Assembly (NCBI GenBank): GCA_965644295.1
Contig: CBFFRP010000185.1
Coordinates: forward strand, 124,001 to 188,000
Direction of reading: 5' to 3'
Length of the DNA stretch: 64,000 nucleotides
Source: Paraphysomonas bandaiensis
Taxonomy: Eukaryota; Protista; Chrysophyceae
Part shown: positions 22,016 through 33,400 of the stretch, piece by piece
Layout: every line of letters starts with the position of its first letter
How positions within the stretch are numbered: position 1 is the stretch's first letter
Translations under genes and position numbers: made by a program
The notes under the pieces: model-generated
What the model was told of the DNA's origin: nothing
The model's database searches: none
The model's input: only the letters and a program-made list of their open reading frames with translations

Positions 22016-22782
22016 TAAGTAGCACAATGAAAGTAGTGTCTGTACATTATTGTATTGTTTGGTACTATATTAGTGTGAGTCTTATTTTTAGAGCTTTCTT
22101 TTTGAATTGTATTCTGTATGGATTTACAAACAGCTTAATAGAAAAATACATATAAAGATCACTTGGATATTATTCTGGGCTAAACTGAATAAAGTTGAGA
22201 ATGATAGAAGTTGTGTTAGCTATATTTGTTCTAATATAAGATTGTATAGCTATTTGTAACTTGATGTAGGAAGAAATAACATCATCATTACATTATATAC
22301 AATACGTTTAACCTCTGCTAGTGCAACTGATTGTATGATATGTTTATGATATGAGGCATACAATATCCTGATTTGCACAATGTGACCCAATCCTTGAAAG
22401 AACTGGATGCCACTTCCCTTAACTACCTATACATCATCAGATATGGTACTTAACCTCTCCTGTAGTAATGTTGAAGTTGTTTTGAAGTTCTGGCTGTAAA
22501 GATAGGACACTTGCACTGAAATCTTCTACATCAGACGAAGGATGGAACATAAGTTGGACTAATCAGCCCCGCTTAGTCGGCTTATGATTGTGGTTTCTCT
22601 ATAATTGTTTATTATAATGAATCCACGTACTAATGGCTGCCAAATCATAATTAAGATGGAACAGAGTTTCTGTTGAACTGAGTATTGAAGTTGAATATTT
22701 GTATTTGCCATGTGCTAATATGAGCGCTCTGTTCATGTCAAAAAAAGTGGGGAAAGAGGTATACGACGGTAATATATTTGTC

Positions 22783-23008
22783 CCTACTAAATTTATCCGG
22801 CATTTCTACTAAGCTAGAAAGTTCTTAGTAAATTAAATATGGCAGCTGAGTCTACTAAATTTTTCTGGTATTCCTAAGTTAAGATTTTTTTCGATTCTAC
22901 TAAATTGAATTACGGTTCAGATGCCATTTATAGTTTAGTAGGAACACCTAAAATATTTAGTAGGAACACCAAACAAGAAAACACGCTGTGAACAAAAGTG
23001 TACTAAAG
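22783..23008. repeat. Cluster of CTACTAAA / TTTAGTAG motifs in both orientations (probable MITE remnant)
   Basis: About 7 copies, including the direct repeat TTTAGTAGGAACACC twice. No terminal inverted repeat (TIR) or TSD was resolved. Confidence 0.4.
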
Positions 23009-23557
23009 TAAGTGTGTGGACATATAGGCATGAAAGCCACGCTGTGTAATTAAAATCAAAATCTAAAAACAAGGAATTCTTATTTAACATTCAGGAATTC
23101 ACGAAACCAGGGCTAAAAGACAAAATCAACATTTTCTACAAACTCCAAAATCAAATTTCCTCTTTCCTCTTGCAACAATTATTGAAATGAAATTCAATAA
23201 CATGACAACATATCGCTGAAGAAATAGAGAAAGGTAGATCCATATATACATAGAGAACCCATATATGTATATACATATACATAAGATACACGTAGTGAAC
23301 CCAGTGAAACTGCGTGACAAAATGCATTCATTCTTAGTTCTAGTTAATAAGCTCACATGCTCACCAAACCCACTACGCTTGCGAAAGAGTGGAATACCTG
23401 CTGCTCAAACAATCACAACTTTCTTGATACTCCTGATACTATCAGAAAAAATGCGATCATGATTACGAATACAGTGTCACACGCCACAAGCAGACTTCTA
23501 CTATACTAGGCTACACAACAACAGTACTTGAATTGTTACCCACTTGCTGATTTCTAC

Positions 23558-23961
23558 GTATGTATGTATGTATGTATGTATGTATGTATGTATGTATGTA
23601 TGTATGTATGTATGTATGTATGTATGTATGTATGTATGTATGTATGTATGTATGTATGTATGTTTGTATGTATGTATGTATGTATGTATGTATGTATGTA
23701 TGAATGTATGTATGTATGTATGTATGTATGTATGTATGTATGTATGTATGTATGTATGTATGTATGTATGTATGTATGTATGTATGTATGTATGTATGTA
23801 TGTATGTATGTATGTATGTATGTATGTATGTATGTATGTATGTATGTATGTATGTATGTATGTATGTATGTATGTATGTATGTATGTATGTATGTATGTA
23901 TGTATGTATGTATGTATGTATGTATGTATGTATGTATGTATGTATGTATGTATGTATGTAT
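23558..23961 (+). repeat. (GTAT)n microsatellite, about 100 units
   Basis: Near-perfect tetranucleotide run with two substitutions. Confidence 0.99.
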
Positions 23962-24035
23962 CTTCAGAGTGGAATTGTATTTTTCTGTTAACTTTAAGAG
24001 TGATCGATTATCGATTGCAGGGCTCTGGGTCGAAT

Positions 24036-25327
24036 ATGGCGGAGTTCTTACCAGGAGATGATATATTAAAGGGCAGGATGTGGGCGGGCAGTGTATATGC
24101 GATGCATCACTTCGCTCCTAATTCCTCAGAGTCGATAGTGTTTCCCAGTCGAAGTAACACCCTGCGGTGCCCATATTGCATGTCGTATATAGGTAAAGAG
24201 GGCAATGTAAGGGCGGCTAGACTATGGACCAACACACATGGAAACACTCTTCTTGAGGTTAATATCTATAGAAGGTGTGCTGCTCTGTATGCATATGTCT
24301 GTATGATTGGGAGTTGTGTTATTTGTTCAGTTTGGCTCGATGTCATCAGTGGGACGAGGAAGGTGGACTTTGTTTCTATACTTGCTGGCGCTGTAGCGAG
24401 CCTCTCTCTGTAAACTCTAATGGGAAAGTGTTCGGCACGGATGAGGTGTAATAGTATTAGTTCAGTCTGGTCCTGCTGAAATTTTATCTAGATGTGGACC
24501 CCTGCAAAACTCAATGGAAAGTACTTGCTTTTAAAACAGCCATTCCGGATACTCTTCTGTTCGCTGAATTTAGGTGCGATATGTCTGTATGTCGAGCTGA
24601 CCAGATTAGCTTCGGTGCTTATTGTATTAACTCATACAATGTATGTGCTAGATGTGCATGAAGCTTGTGTGAGTGCTCTACAGGCATGGGCCGCCGCACA
24701 TCCCACGCTTACAATTAAAATAGACACCTATGAGCTGCCACTGGCCCAACTCCGGTCTGGTACATCCTTTAGCGCCCTCAGTCCTGCGGTGGATCTTGTT
24801 ATCATTGCACACCATGCAGAGGTAGATTTGAACTTCGACGTGATAGCGCTTTTTGCACCTTGGGAAGTTTTCCATGTAATATTTATGTGATAGGGTCGTT
24901 TGCTTCTCACTGATGAAGACGGTCTTTACAACACGTTCATCGGACAAGCTTGTGCAGTTAGCATAGGAAATGTCGTGATACTCATTACTAGTGAGGATGT
25001 AAATGAGACAACGCACGACATGGATCCAGACTTGTTGACGGAGTTAGTGGAATGTGGTCAGGAGTCAGCAGAATGCCTCCATTTACAACAAAGGTGACAA
25101 ATCTTATATTTTCTATCATATTTGAATGTTGTAAACACATATTATGTGGCAGACTTCTCAGTTGCAATGATGTGTTTTCCGCCAACCAGATGGGTATGTT
25201 GGAGATGCACGTATCTCGGGCATCCAAACCATTAGAAGTGCCACCGGGAATAGCAAAGAAAATTATGACTAAGACTGAGGGCCAATCTGGTATTAGTAGT
25301 AGTAATTCGTTATGTCAGTTACTGTGA
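24036..25327 (+). CDS. Multi-exon hypothetical protein with CxxC pairs and a C-terminal CaaX box (CQLL)
   Basis: The ORF pieces join across about five short GT-AG introns. CPYC and CWRC lie in the first exons, followed by an alpha/beta segment VDLVIIAHHAE/GRLLLTDEDGLY. The last exon ends SNSLCQLL* at 25327. Exon structure inferred by eye. Confidence 0.65.
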
Positions 25328-25505
25328 TGTGTTGCATATTGGTATGTACTAGTAATATTCTTTAGAATGTAAGATAGATTGTAACAAGTTGTTTAAAACT
25401 AAAGTATTGTGAAATCTGTTTTTTCAATTTTTGATGCGTGATCACGAGTGTAAGCAACACTCAAATTTTTGTAAAAATGTGAAGTATATACTGGATTGTA
25501 TACAA
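25281..25505 (+). repeat. Left copy of a 225-bp direct repeat (giant TSD)
   Basis: Identical by eye to 27259-27483; abuts the 3' end of LINE A copy 2. Confidence 0.92.
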
Positions 25506-27258
25506 GTAGTGAATGTCTGATTATTTAGCAATAGGCGTTGAGACCTTGCAGCAATTAGTGGCTAGAAGAATGCTAGTCATACTAGTTAGACCACTACCCG
25601 TAACTAATCAATACAAACTCTTTTATCCTACTATTTAACGCTACGAAAGCTGCTTGTGCGTCGCCGCAAGCACCAAGGTGCAACCACTTCCGTTCTTTTG
25701 TGTGATATGAAATTCGCCTTTATCGTGTGTCCGTGGACTCACCGGCGCTATTGATCTGGGGGTCTCCCTTTGGGATGGGTCTCCATTGGTGTTGGAGGGG
25801 GCTCAGCGTTCTGGATTAGGGTCCTGAGTGCACCTAGTTCCAGATGTGTGGGTTGAGAGTGGTGGGGATTGTTGGGAGGAGGAGTTGGGTTTGTAGTCTG
25901 TGTTACTGTGCTCCTGTGGGGCCGCGGGTGTAGATAGAGTTGTCGAAGCCGTCGGCGTTGTGGAGGTCTGGGCAGTCCAGTGCTCTGTCGGGTAGGACCT
26001 GTGAGGTGTGCACGTGTGTCTGGAGTCGGGGACGCTGTGGGGGGTCTTCGTTGGACCCCTAGTAGTCGAAGTACTCTCGGACGTTGTCTTGACTGACTGC
26101 GTTTCGGACGGGGTCTCGGGAGTAGCCTGGGCGGCCTTTTGGACATGGTGATATAGCGACAACCGCGATCCTGTAGCATAAGCTTCGCTGCAGTGTAAAG
26201 CGGTTGCAGGAGATTAATAACCGCTGTTTCTAGGTTCCGTAGACTGTGTGCCGTCAGGTGGTTGTGTATGGCATCTTCGAAGACCGTTTCCAGTTGGGCT
26301 GCTGTGATGGTTCCAGTCCAGTATCTCTCGACCTGTGGGATGGAGGGATTCCAGGCTCTGCTGGAGAGTCTCCGTAGTGCAGATGTGATCCAGTTGGGTA
26401 AGGTCTGAGTTCTCTGTATTTCGTGGAGCACATTTTTATGCGATTGAAATGCAGTTTCCCTTATTTGGGTGATGGATTCATGTGTGCAGTCGAGGCACAT
26501 ATGTTTTAGGGAATCTAGTCGAAACCCGCAGTCAGAGCATGCGGCTTTGGTCAGGTCAAGCCCCTGTTTGGTTTTGGCCCGGTTCCTCCCTATGCAGAAA
26601 GATTTGTCCCATGTCAGTGCCGTGTTGAGTATTCTTTGGCGTAGATTTGAGCTGAGTTTGTCTTTGGATGCACTGCCATCCGCTTGAGCTAGTTTGCGCG
26701 GGAGGTGTACTCCGCTATTGGTCCAGTAGCCAGGCGCTCGATCAGGATTGTGTCCGTAGCGTTGATCTCTGGTTGAAGTGTAGTTCTCAAGTGTCCTTAG
26801 GTCGCAGAGATCCTGGAAATTAGTAAGGAGTGGGCTAGAGTAGTATGGCCGTCTTGTACTGTGCATACGCCAGTGCCATAATCCAGCAGTTAGTAAGCGT
26901 TCGATGGCACTGTCAATCGCAATTGTGCAGACAGTGTAGTTATTTTTTCCAAGGATGCGATCGACTTCATGCCAGTCTTCACCCGCAACTGCGTCCGCAA
27001 TATAGATGCCCTTGTCCTCAAACGTCCACTCCGTTTCATCTGTGGTACGTCGTTCGGGATGAGACCTCACCCAGGTCACCTGTCGTTTGCAATCTCTGCT
27101 GGCTGCGATGCTTTCGAGTAGTACCCCTTTTGCACGGTGACCGAGAGCTCTGCGTCTTGTGGAGAGTGCTTCCTCAGTGCGGGTGCACACTGCCTGACAG
27201 TCTGTGTGGCTTCTTATGTGTTCGGGAATACGTGTTGAGAGTATAAGCCCATGGCTGT
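25506..27258 (-). mobile_element. LINE family A copy 2 (5'-truncated within RNase H, uninterrupted)
   Basis: Near-identical to 4653-5947 joined to 13663-14120. Shows the empty LTR site CCTTAGGTCGCAG at about 26795-26807. Confidence 0.96.
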
Positions 27259-27483
27259 GCCAATCTGGTATTAGTAGTAGTAATTCGTTATGTCAGTTAC
27301 TGTGATGTGTTGCATATTGGTATGTACTAGTAATATTCTTTAGAATGTAAGATAGATTGTAACAAGTTGTTTAAAACTAAAGTATTGTGAAATCTGTTTT
27401 TTCAATTTTTGATGCGTGATCACGAGTGTAAGCAACACTCAAATTTTTGTAAAAATGTGAAGTATATACTGGATTGTATACAA
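27259..27483 (+). repeat. Right copy of the 225-bp direct repeat (giant TSD)
   Basis: Identical by eye to 25281-25505. The first three bases (GCC) are also LINE sequence, i.e. microhomology. Confidence 0.92.
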
Positions 27484-27559
27484 AATATGTAGTTTCGCAA
27501 AACCTCAGCACTTTGTCGACCGGTGATAAACATGCTTGAAGTGCATACTTACCACATGA

Positions 27560-27775
27560 TAGTATTGAATGTCTGATTATTAGCAATAGGCGTACAAGAG
27601 TCGGAACTAATTTCACTAACAAGTGCTTAACTCTGATATTTTACAACTTGGCGCTACGAAATCTATTTGTGCGTCACCGCAAGCATCAAGCACCAAGGTG
27701 TAACCACTTTCGCTCTAGCACTCAAATCAAACGCAGTGAGCTAGCAGAATTCTGACTTCAGGACTGTGAGTCTTT
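27560..27775 (-). mobile_element. 3' half of the short non-autonomous retroposon
   Basis: The reverse complement matches the 52233 and 60336 copies from CCTGAAGTCAG through the 3' hairpin to AATAATCAGACATTCA. Confidence 0.85.
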
Positions 27776-27819
27776 AAGTTAGTGTGAGAAGCTGCTCACG
27801 GGCGTCAATAGGTGCGGTT

Positions 27820-28410
27820 ATAGGAAAGTCTGATTATTACATGAGAACGGTTGTGTACAGAAACTAGTTTATATCTATAGACTAACTACAGTAATAACTA
27901 GATTTGCTAAATACTACTAGTGGCGGGCAACCGTCTCGGGACTGCTTGTGCATCGCTGCGAGCACCATGGTGCAACCGTCCCTTGTATTGAGGTTAGTCG
28001 GGGGGTCTACCTTTAGGCAATGTGTCTGGCGGGCCTGTATCATGGGTTATACGGGGGGTGGTTGGGGCGAGATGTATATGAGAGTATAAGTCGATGGTGG
28101 AGATGGTGCTGGTTGTTGAGGTGGGGTTTCGGCCACAAGTAAGGAAGAATTGTTTCCGGAGTAGTTGCGCTTGCCTCTGTCGGGTCTGCTGGACTCTTGC
28201 AGAGGATAGAATTCTTGGGGTGCGGTTAATCAGGGGTACGCCCATTGAGGTAGGAGTCTGCGACGTTTAAGGGAGGGTCAGAGTGTCAGAGTTATGTAGA
28301 TGGGAGGATAGTGGTCCGAGGGAAAGTGAGATGGTCCGAGGTGGAGGCGTGTAATCTGTAGAGTCTCGGGGCGCCGCTGACTGCTGTGAATCAGCTGGAC
28401 GTAAATAGAG
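27820..28410 (-). mobile_element. LINE family B 3' fragment
   Basis: Encodes ...TLPKGRPPD*. Has the 3' hairpin variant and terminal TAATAATCAGAC. Closely similar to 28426-28830. Confidence 0.8.
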
Positions 28411-28425
28411 TAGGTGGGGTTGTCT

Positions 28426-29820
28426 GTATATATAAGAAAGTCTGATTATTACACAAAAACGATTGGGTACAGAAACTAGTCAGTATTATATCTATAGGCT
28501 GACTAAACTGGGCTTGCTATGTACTACTAGTGGCGGGCAACCGTCTCGGGACTGCTTGTGCATCGCTGCGAGCACCATGGTGCAACCGTCCCTTGTATTG
28601 AGGTTAGTCGGGGGGTCTGCCTTTGGGCAATGTGTCTGGCGGGCCTGTATCATGGGTTATACGGGGGGTGGTTGGGGCTAGATGTATATGAGAGTGTAAG
28701 TCGGTGGTGAGATGGTGCTGGTTGTTGAGGTGGGGTTTCGGCCACAAGTAAGGAAGAGTTGTTTCCGGAGTGGTGGTGCATGTCTCTGTCGGGTTCGGAC
28801 TCTTGTAGAGGATAGAATTCTTGGGGTGGATGTCGCTTGGAGTAGTTGGAGTATTTTAGGTGTCGGTTGAGTATCCTGTGACTGGCGTTGCTGTGAGTGT
28901 GGTGGGTTCGTAATCGGTGTTACTGGTGCTGTGTCTGTGTTGTGGTGTCTCAGACCTCTGTTTCGAAGCATGCAGAGCCCTCCATCATATATATAGATAG
29001 GGGGAGCAGGATAGAGGTTACGGATTTTTCGAGGGCGTGGAACTGATGTTCGGGCTGTGAGCTGGATATGTGGCGTCCGAATGCGTCGGCCAATTGTGTG
29101 GCAATAATGTGGCCGGTCCAGTAGCGCTCAACCTGGGGGATGTTTGGATTCCATGCGGCTTTAGCTAGTTTGATTATGGCGGTGTGAAACCAGGGATGAG
29201 GAAGCGTGTGTTTGCGAAGTTTGTCGAGCTTACTGTGGTGTGCTTGGTGAACATCTTCACGTATTTGAGTGAGGTCCGGGTGTGTGCAAGTGAGAAGCAT
29301 GTGCGCCATCATGTTGTCTGATGGTTGTGCACAGTCTGGGCATGCGGAGGCCGTTAAAAGTGATCATGCCCGGTTTTTCCTTTGGCTCGTCGGTTTCTTC
29401 CCATCGCATATGATTTGTCCCATACGTATGCCGTCTCGCGTATACGTTCTGGTAGAGAGATGATGGAGTATTTGGAGGAATTATGGGTACGGAGAGGATG
29501 GAGCTTGTGTGGGAGCCTTGTTCCGCTGCGTGGCCAATACTGCGGGTCTCGCTGCGTTTGTGCAGCATACACGCTATCTCGTCGGAGGGTGTATTGATGG
29601 AGGTCCCGCTGGTGATGGAGATCTGTGACGTCTCCTAGCATGTGAGGAGGTGTGTATCGTATGTTCGCCAGTGCCATTGCCCCGTGGTGAAGAATTCTTC
29701 CAGTATGTGTGTAGCGTCAGTTGGGTTGTCTAAGTTGGGTTCGCGTGTGTGTGGGCGTGAAGAGTTTGAAGAGTAGGAGAAGTGGTCTGTCGCCCAGCTG
29801 TGATTCTCTGCTGAGACACC
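28426..29820 (-). mobile_element. LINE family B, longer degenerate 3' fragment (frameshifted)
   Basis: Protein similarity to family A: TGQWHWR, WDKSYAMGRNRRAK, HMLLTCTHPDLTQIRE, AWNPNIPQVERYWTG. (TA)n tail. The 5' boundary is approximate. Confidence 0.85.
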
Positions 29821-30491
29821 ATCGGGACCGAATTTACCACGTGATCTATCTTGAATTCAACAATTGTATTTGTTATTCAAAATGAGGCCATAGCCGAACC
29901 ACATATTCAAACCAATCTAAATACTAAATGTATTCGGGATCTACTCCACATATTTAACATGGAAGGTTTCCAACCGTGTAGTCACCCATGACAACTACTT
30001 TCCACAGAGACATACTTGAAAACAGAATTTATCTTCTTGTAATTAGTAATTAGGCTCTACACTGTAACTATTTTGCAAAATGGTTATGTTGGTCCCTAAA
30101 GGGAATATTTCTGCTTCTTATCTCACATCACACCTCGTTATTGTATGGTTAGGAGGTTGTAAAAGGTGCACTTGTATTTTAGCTCTAAATTGACGTGTTT
30201 GAAACAGCTATTTAGTATTTACGGCTGATATAAAAGTCATTTCTGGAACGTTGAAACACAACACAATTGTGCAACAAAAAGACCTTTTGAGTTAAGTCAG
30301 GTATTAAGAAAAATTTGTACTTAGGATATACTAATAATATTATGCTGCTGTGAAATTCACTGTTGCGTTAAAAATTTATCCTATCTTTTGTTAAATAAAA
30401 CTTTATTAGAATTTGTGTTAGGAGTGGTAACGCAATAATTTAGACACGCAGAAACTAATAAATTTATGGGTAGTACCTTGTCTATATGTTT

Positions 30492-33400
30492 TTATTCAGC
30501 TGACTCCATATACATTATTAAACACTCAGCATTCTTATCATTCCACATCATGTCGGACTCTGCATACAGCCGAATCGCTGCAATTCTAGATCTCATGATG
30601 GATAGAGCAGTTGCCAAGTGGTCCGAGTTCGGAGTTCGAATGTCGATGCAAGCCTTATGAAGTGCTAGCAGTGCAACTCGGCAACTGTCCAACAGAGCCG
30701 ATAGGGACTCACACAACAAATCGTAGTCATCAGGTATGCTTTCTCTTGGTACACCAGAACTAACAAACGTCGCATCCACAATATCATATATATAATGTCG
30801 CAACACCTCCATAAAATGCCCAAACCCTGTAGGCGATGCCGCGTATAGTTCACCTTTTAACTGTGCATATTTCCCTCTCAAACGGTCAGAATTGAAATGA
30901 GCTACTGCCTGAAACGCCTGACGTATCTGCCTAAACGCACTGAAGAAAAATCTTTCCTCTTTGGCAGAGTAATGCGCATAGGCCAATTCAGAACGTCCTC
31001 TAACTCTGTACCGGTGCAAGTCACCCCACGTGTGTCGAGAGAGTGCGGTTAACTGAGAGAGCTCAAGCAGTCGCCTCGTGACCAAAGAGAGTGCGTCAAT
31101 ATGCTCGCCAGACAGCATCATACTTAGTGGCCAGGGGGGTTCAAATCGCACCTTCAATTTCTGAAGTCCTTCTATAGAAAAGGCTCCGATCAGATGTTTG
31201 TACCGGAATCCATCTACCACATCTATTGCATTCGAGTGCCCGTCAATTAGGGTGTGTAACACAGGGACTGCCGCGGCTCGCTGGTGCTCCTCTTTTACCT
31301 CATCATCAGTCATCAGGGTGCGTTTTCCTGCACTACTTTCTTCCTCGTCGGCCATCACTAGTCCAACGACATCTGTAGAGGCTTCGTTCGGTTGCTGAGA
31401 AAGTGCCTGACAGAACGCAGCAGCCACGGCTCGAGAAGACCAGAGATGCGAAGGTCGCTGAGGGGGCACATCTGGCTGCGTCACAGTAATTGATCCACTC
31501 ATAATTTTGGAGAATCTCATGCTACAATTCGCTTGGATATGTGTATCCACCAATATCCCACCAATAGTCACCAGGAAATTGCTCTGATCCGACAGTAAAA
31601 ATATATGGTGAAGGCAGTCAATATAATCTAAAAGGCGCGTGTCTTGAATTGCTCCCAGCAAGAATGCCTGGTCAATGGCAAGGCACTGAGTCCGTATTGG
31701 TGCACAAAGGCTATCGCGCACAACACATGTAGATGGAAGTAGGGAGAAAGTCGACAGCAGTGAAGAATCAGGATTCCTCTTATCATCACAATTATCAGTA
31801 TCAAGAAGAAAGGGAATGTTGTTAGCCCGGCATAGATCTGAAATAGACTGTCGGAAGCATGATTTTTCTAGAAAATTATCTTCAGCAGATGTCACCCATT
31901 CGTCAAGAGAATAGAACTCTTTTAGAGCAGACAAGTAGTCATTTTCATCCTCATGAACCCTAGATTCTGAGAAACGAACGCCAGAATTAAAACTCATATC
32001 AACATCTGTACCCCCACTATTAACCAACTCCTCATCACCAATTCCAAAATCCTTACCAGCAAATCCACAATCACGAACACTATCACTAAACACAACAGAA
32101 CTATCGCCACTCTTCCCACCATCAATATCAGAGTCACCGCCATCATGGTGACGCAAACTCAGTGAACTATTACCTCCTGGTGCCTGATGAACATGCTGCG
32201 AACTACGCACTCCAATATCAATCGTTGCACCATCAATATCAGATTCACCGCCATCATGGTGACGCAAACTCAGTGAACTATCACCTCCTGGTGCCTGATG
32301 AACATGCTGCGAACTACGCACTCCAATATCAATCGTTGCACCATCAATATCAGAGTCACCGCCATCATGGTGACGCAAACTCAGTGAACTATCACCTCCT
32401 GGTGCCTGATGAACATGCTGCGAACTACGCACTCCAATATCAATCGTTGCACCATCAATATCAGAGTCACCGCCATCATGGTGACGCAAACTCAGTGAAC
32501 TATCACCTCCTGGTGCCTGATGAACATGCTGCGAACTACGCACTCCAATATCAATCGTCTCACCTTCAATATCAGATTCACCGCCATCATGGTGACGCAA
32601 ACTCAGTGAACTATCACCTCCTGGTGCCTGATGAACATGCTGCGAACTATGCACTCCAATATCAATCGTCTCACCATCAATATCAGAGTCACCGCCATCA
32701 TGGTGACGCAAACTCAGTGAACTATCACCTCCTGGTGCCTGATGAACATGCTGCGAACTACGCACTCCAATATCAATCGTCTCACCATCAATATCAGATT
32801 CACCGCCATCATGGTGACGCAAACTCAGTGAACTATCACCTCCTGGTGCCTGATGAACATGCTGCGAACTACGCACTCCAATATCAATCGTCTCACCATT
32901 AACATCAGAGTCACCGCCATCACGGTGACGCAAACTCAGTGAACTATCACCTCCTGGTGCCTGATGAACATGCTGCGAACTACGCACTCCAATATCAATC
33001 GTCTCACCATCAATATCAGATTCACCGCCATCATGGTGACGCAAACTCAGTGAACTATTACCTCCTGGTGCCTGATGAACATGCTGCGAACTACGCACTC
33101 CAATATCAATCGTCTCACCATCAATATCAGAGTCACCGCCATCATGGTGACGCAAACTCAGTGAACTATCACCTCCTGGTGCCTGATGAACATGCTGCGA
33201 ACTACGCACTCCAGCATTAATCGTCTCACCATTAACATCAGAGTCACCGCCATCATGGTGACGCAAACTCAGTGAACTATCACCTCCTGGTGCCTGATGA
33301 ACATGCTGCGAACTACGCACTCCAGCATTAATCGTCTCACCATCAATATCAGAGTCACCGCCATCATGGTGACGCAAACTCAGTGAACTATCACCTCCTG

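Noticed and set aside
23528-24061. ORFs reading (MYVC)n
   Set aside because: Translation artefacts of the GTAT microsatellite.
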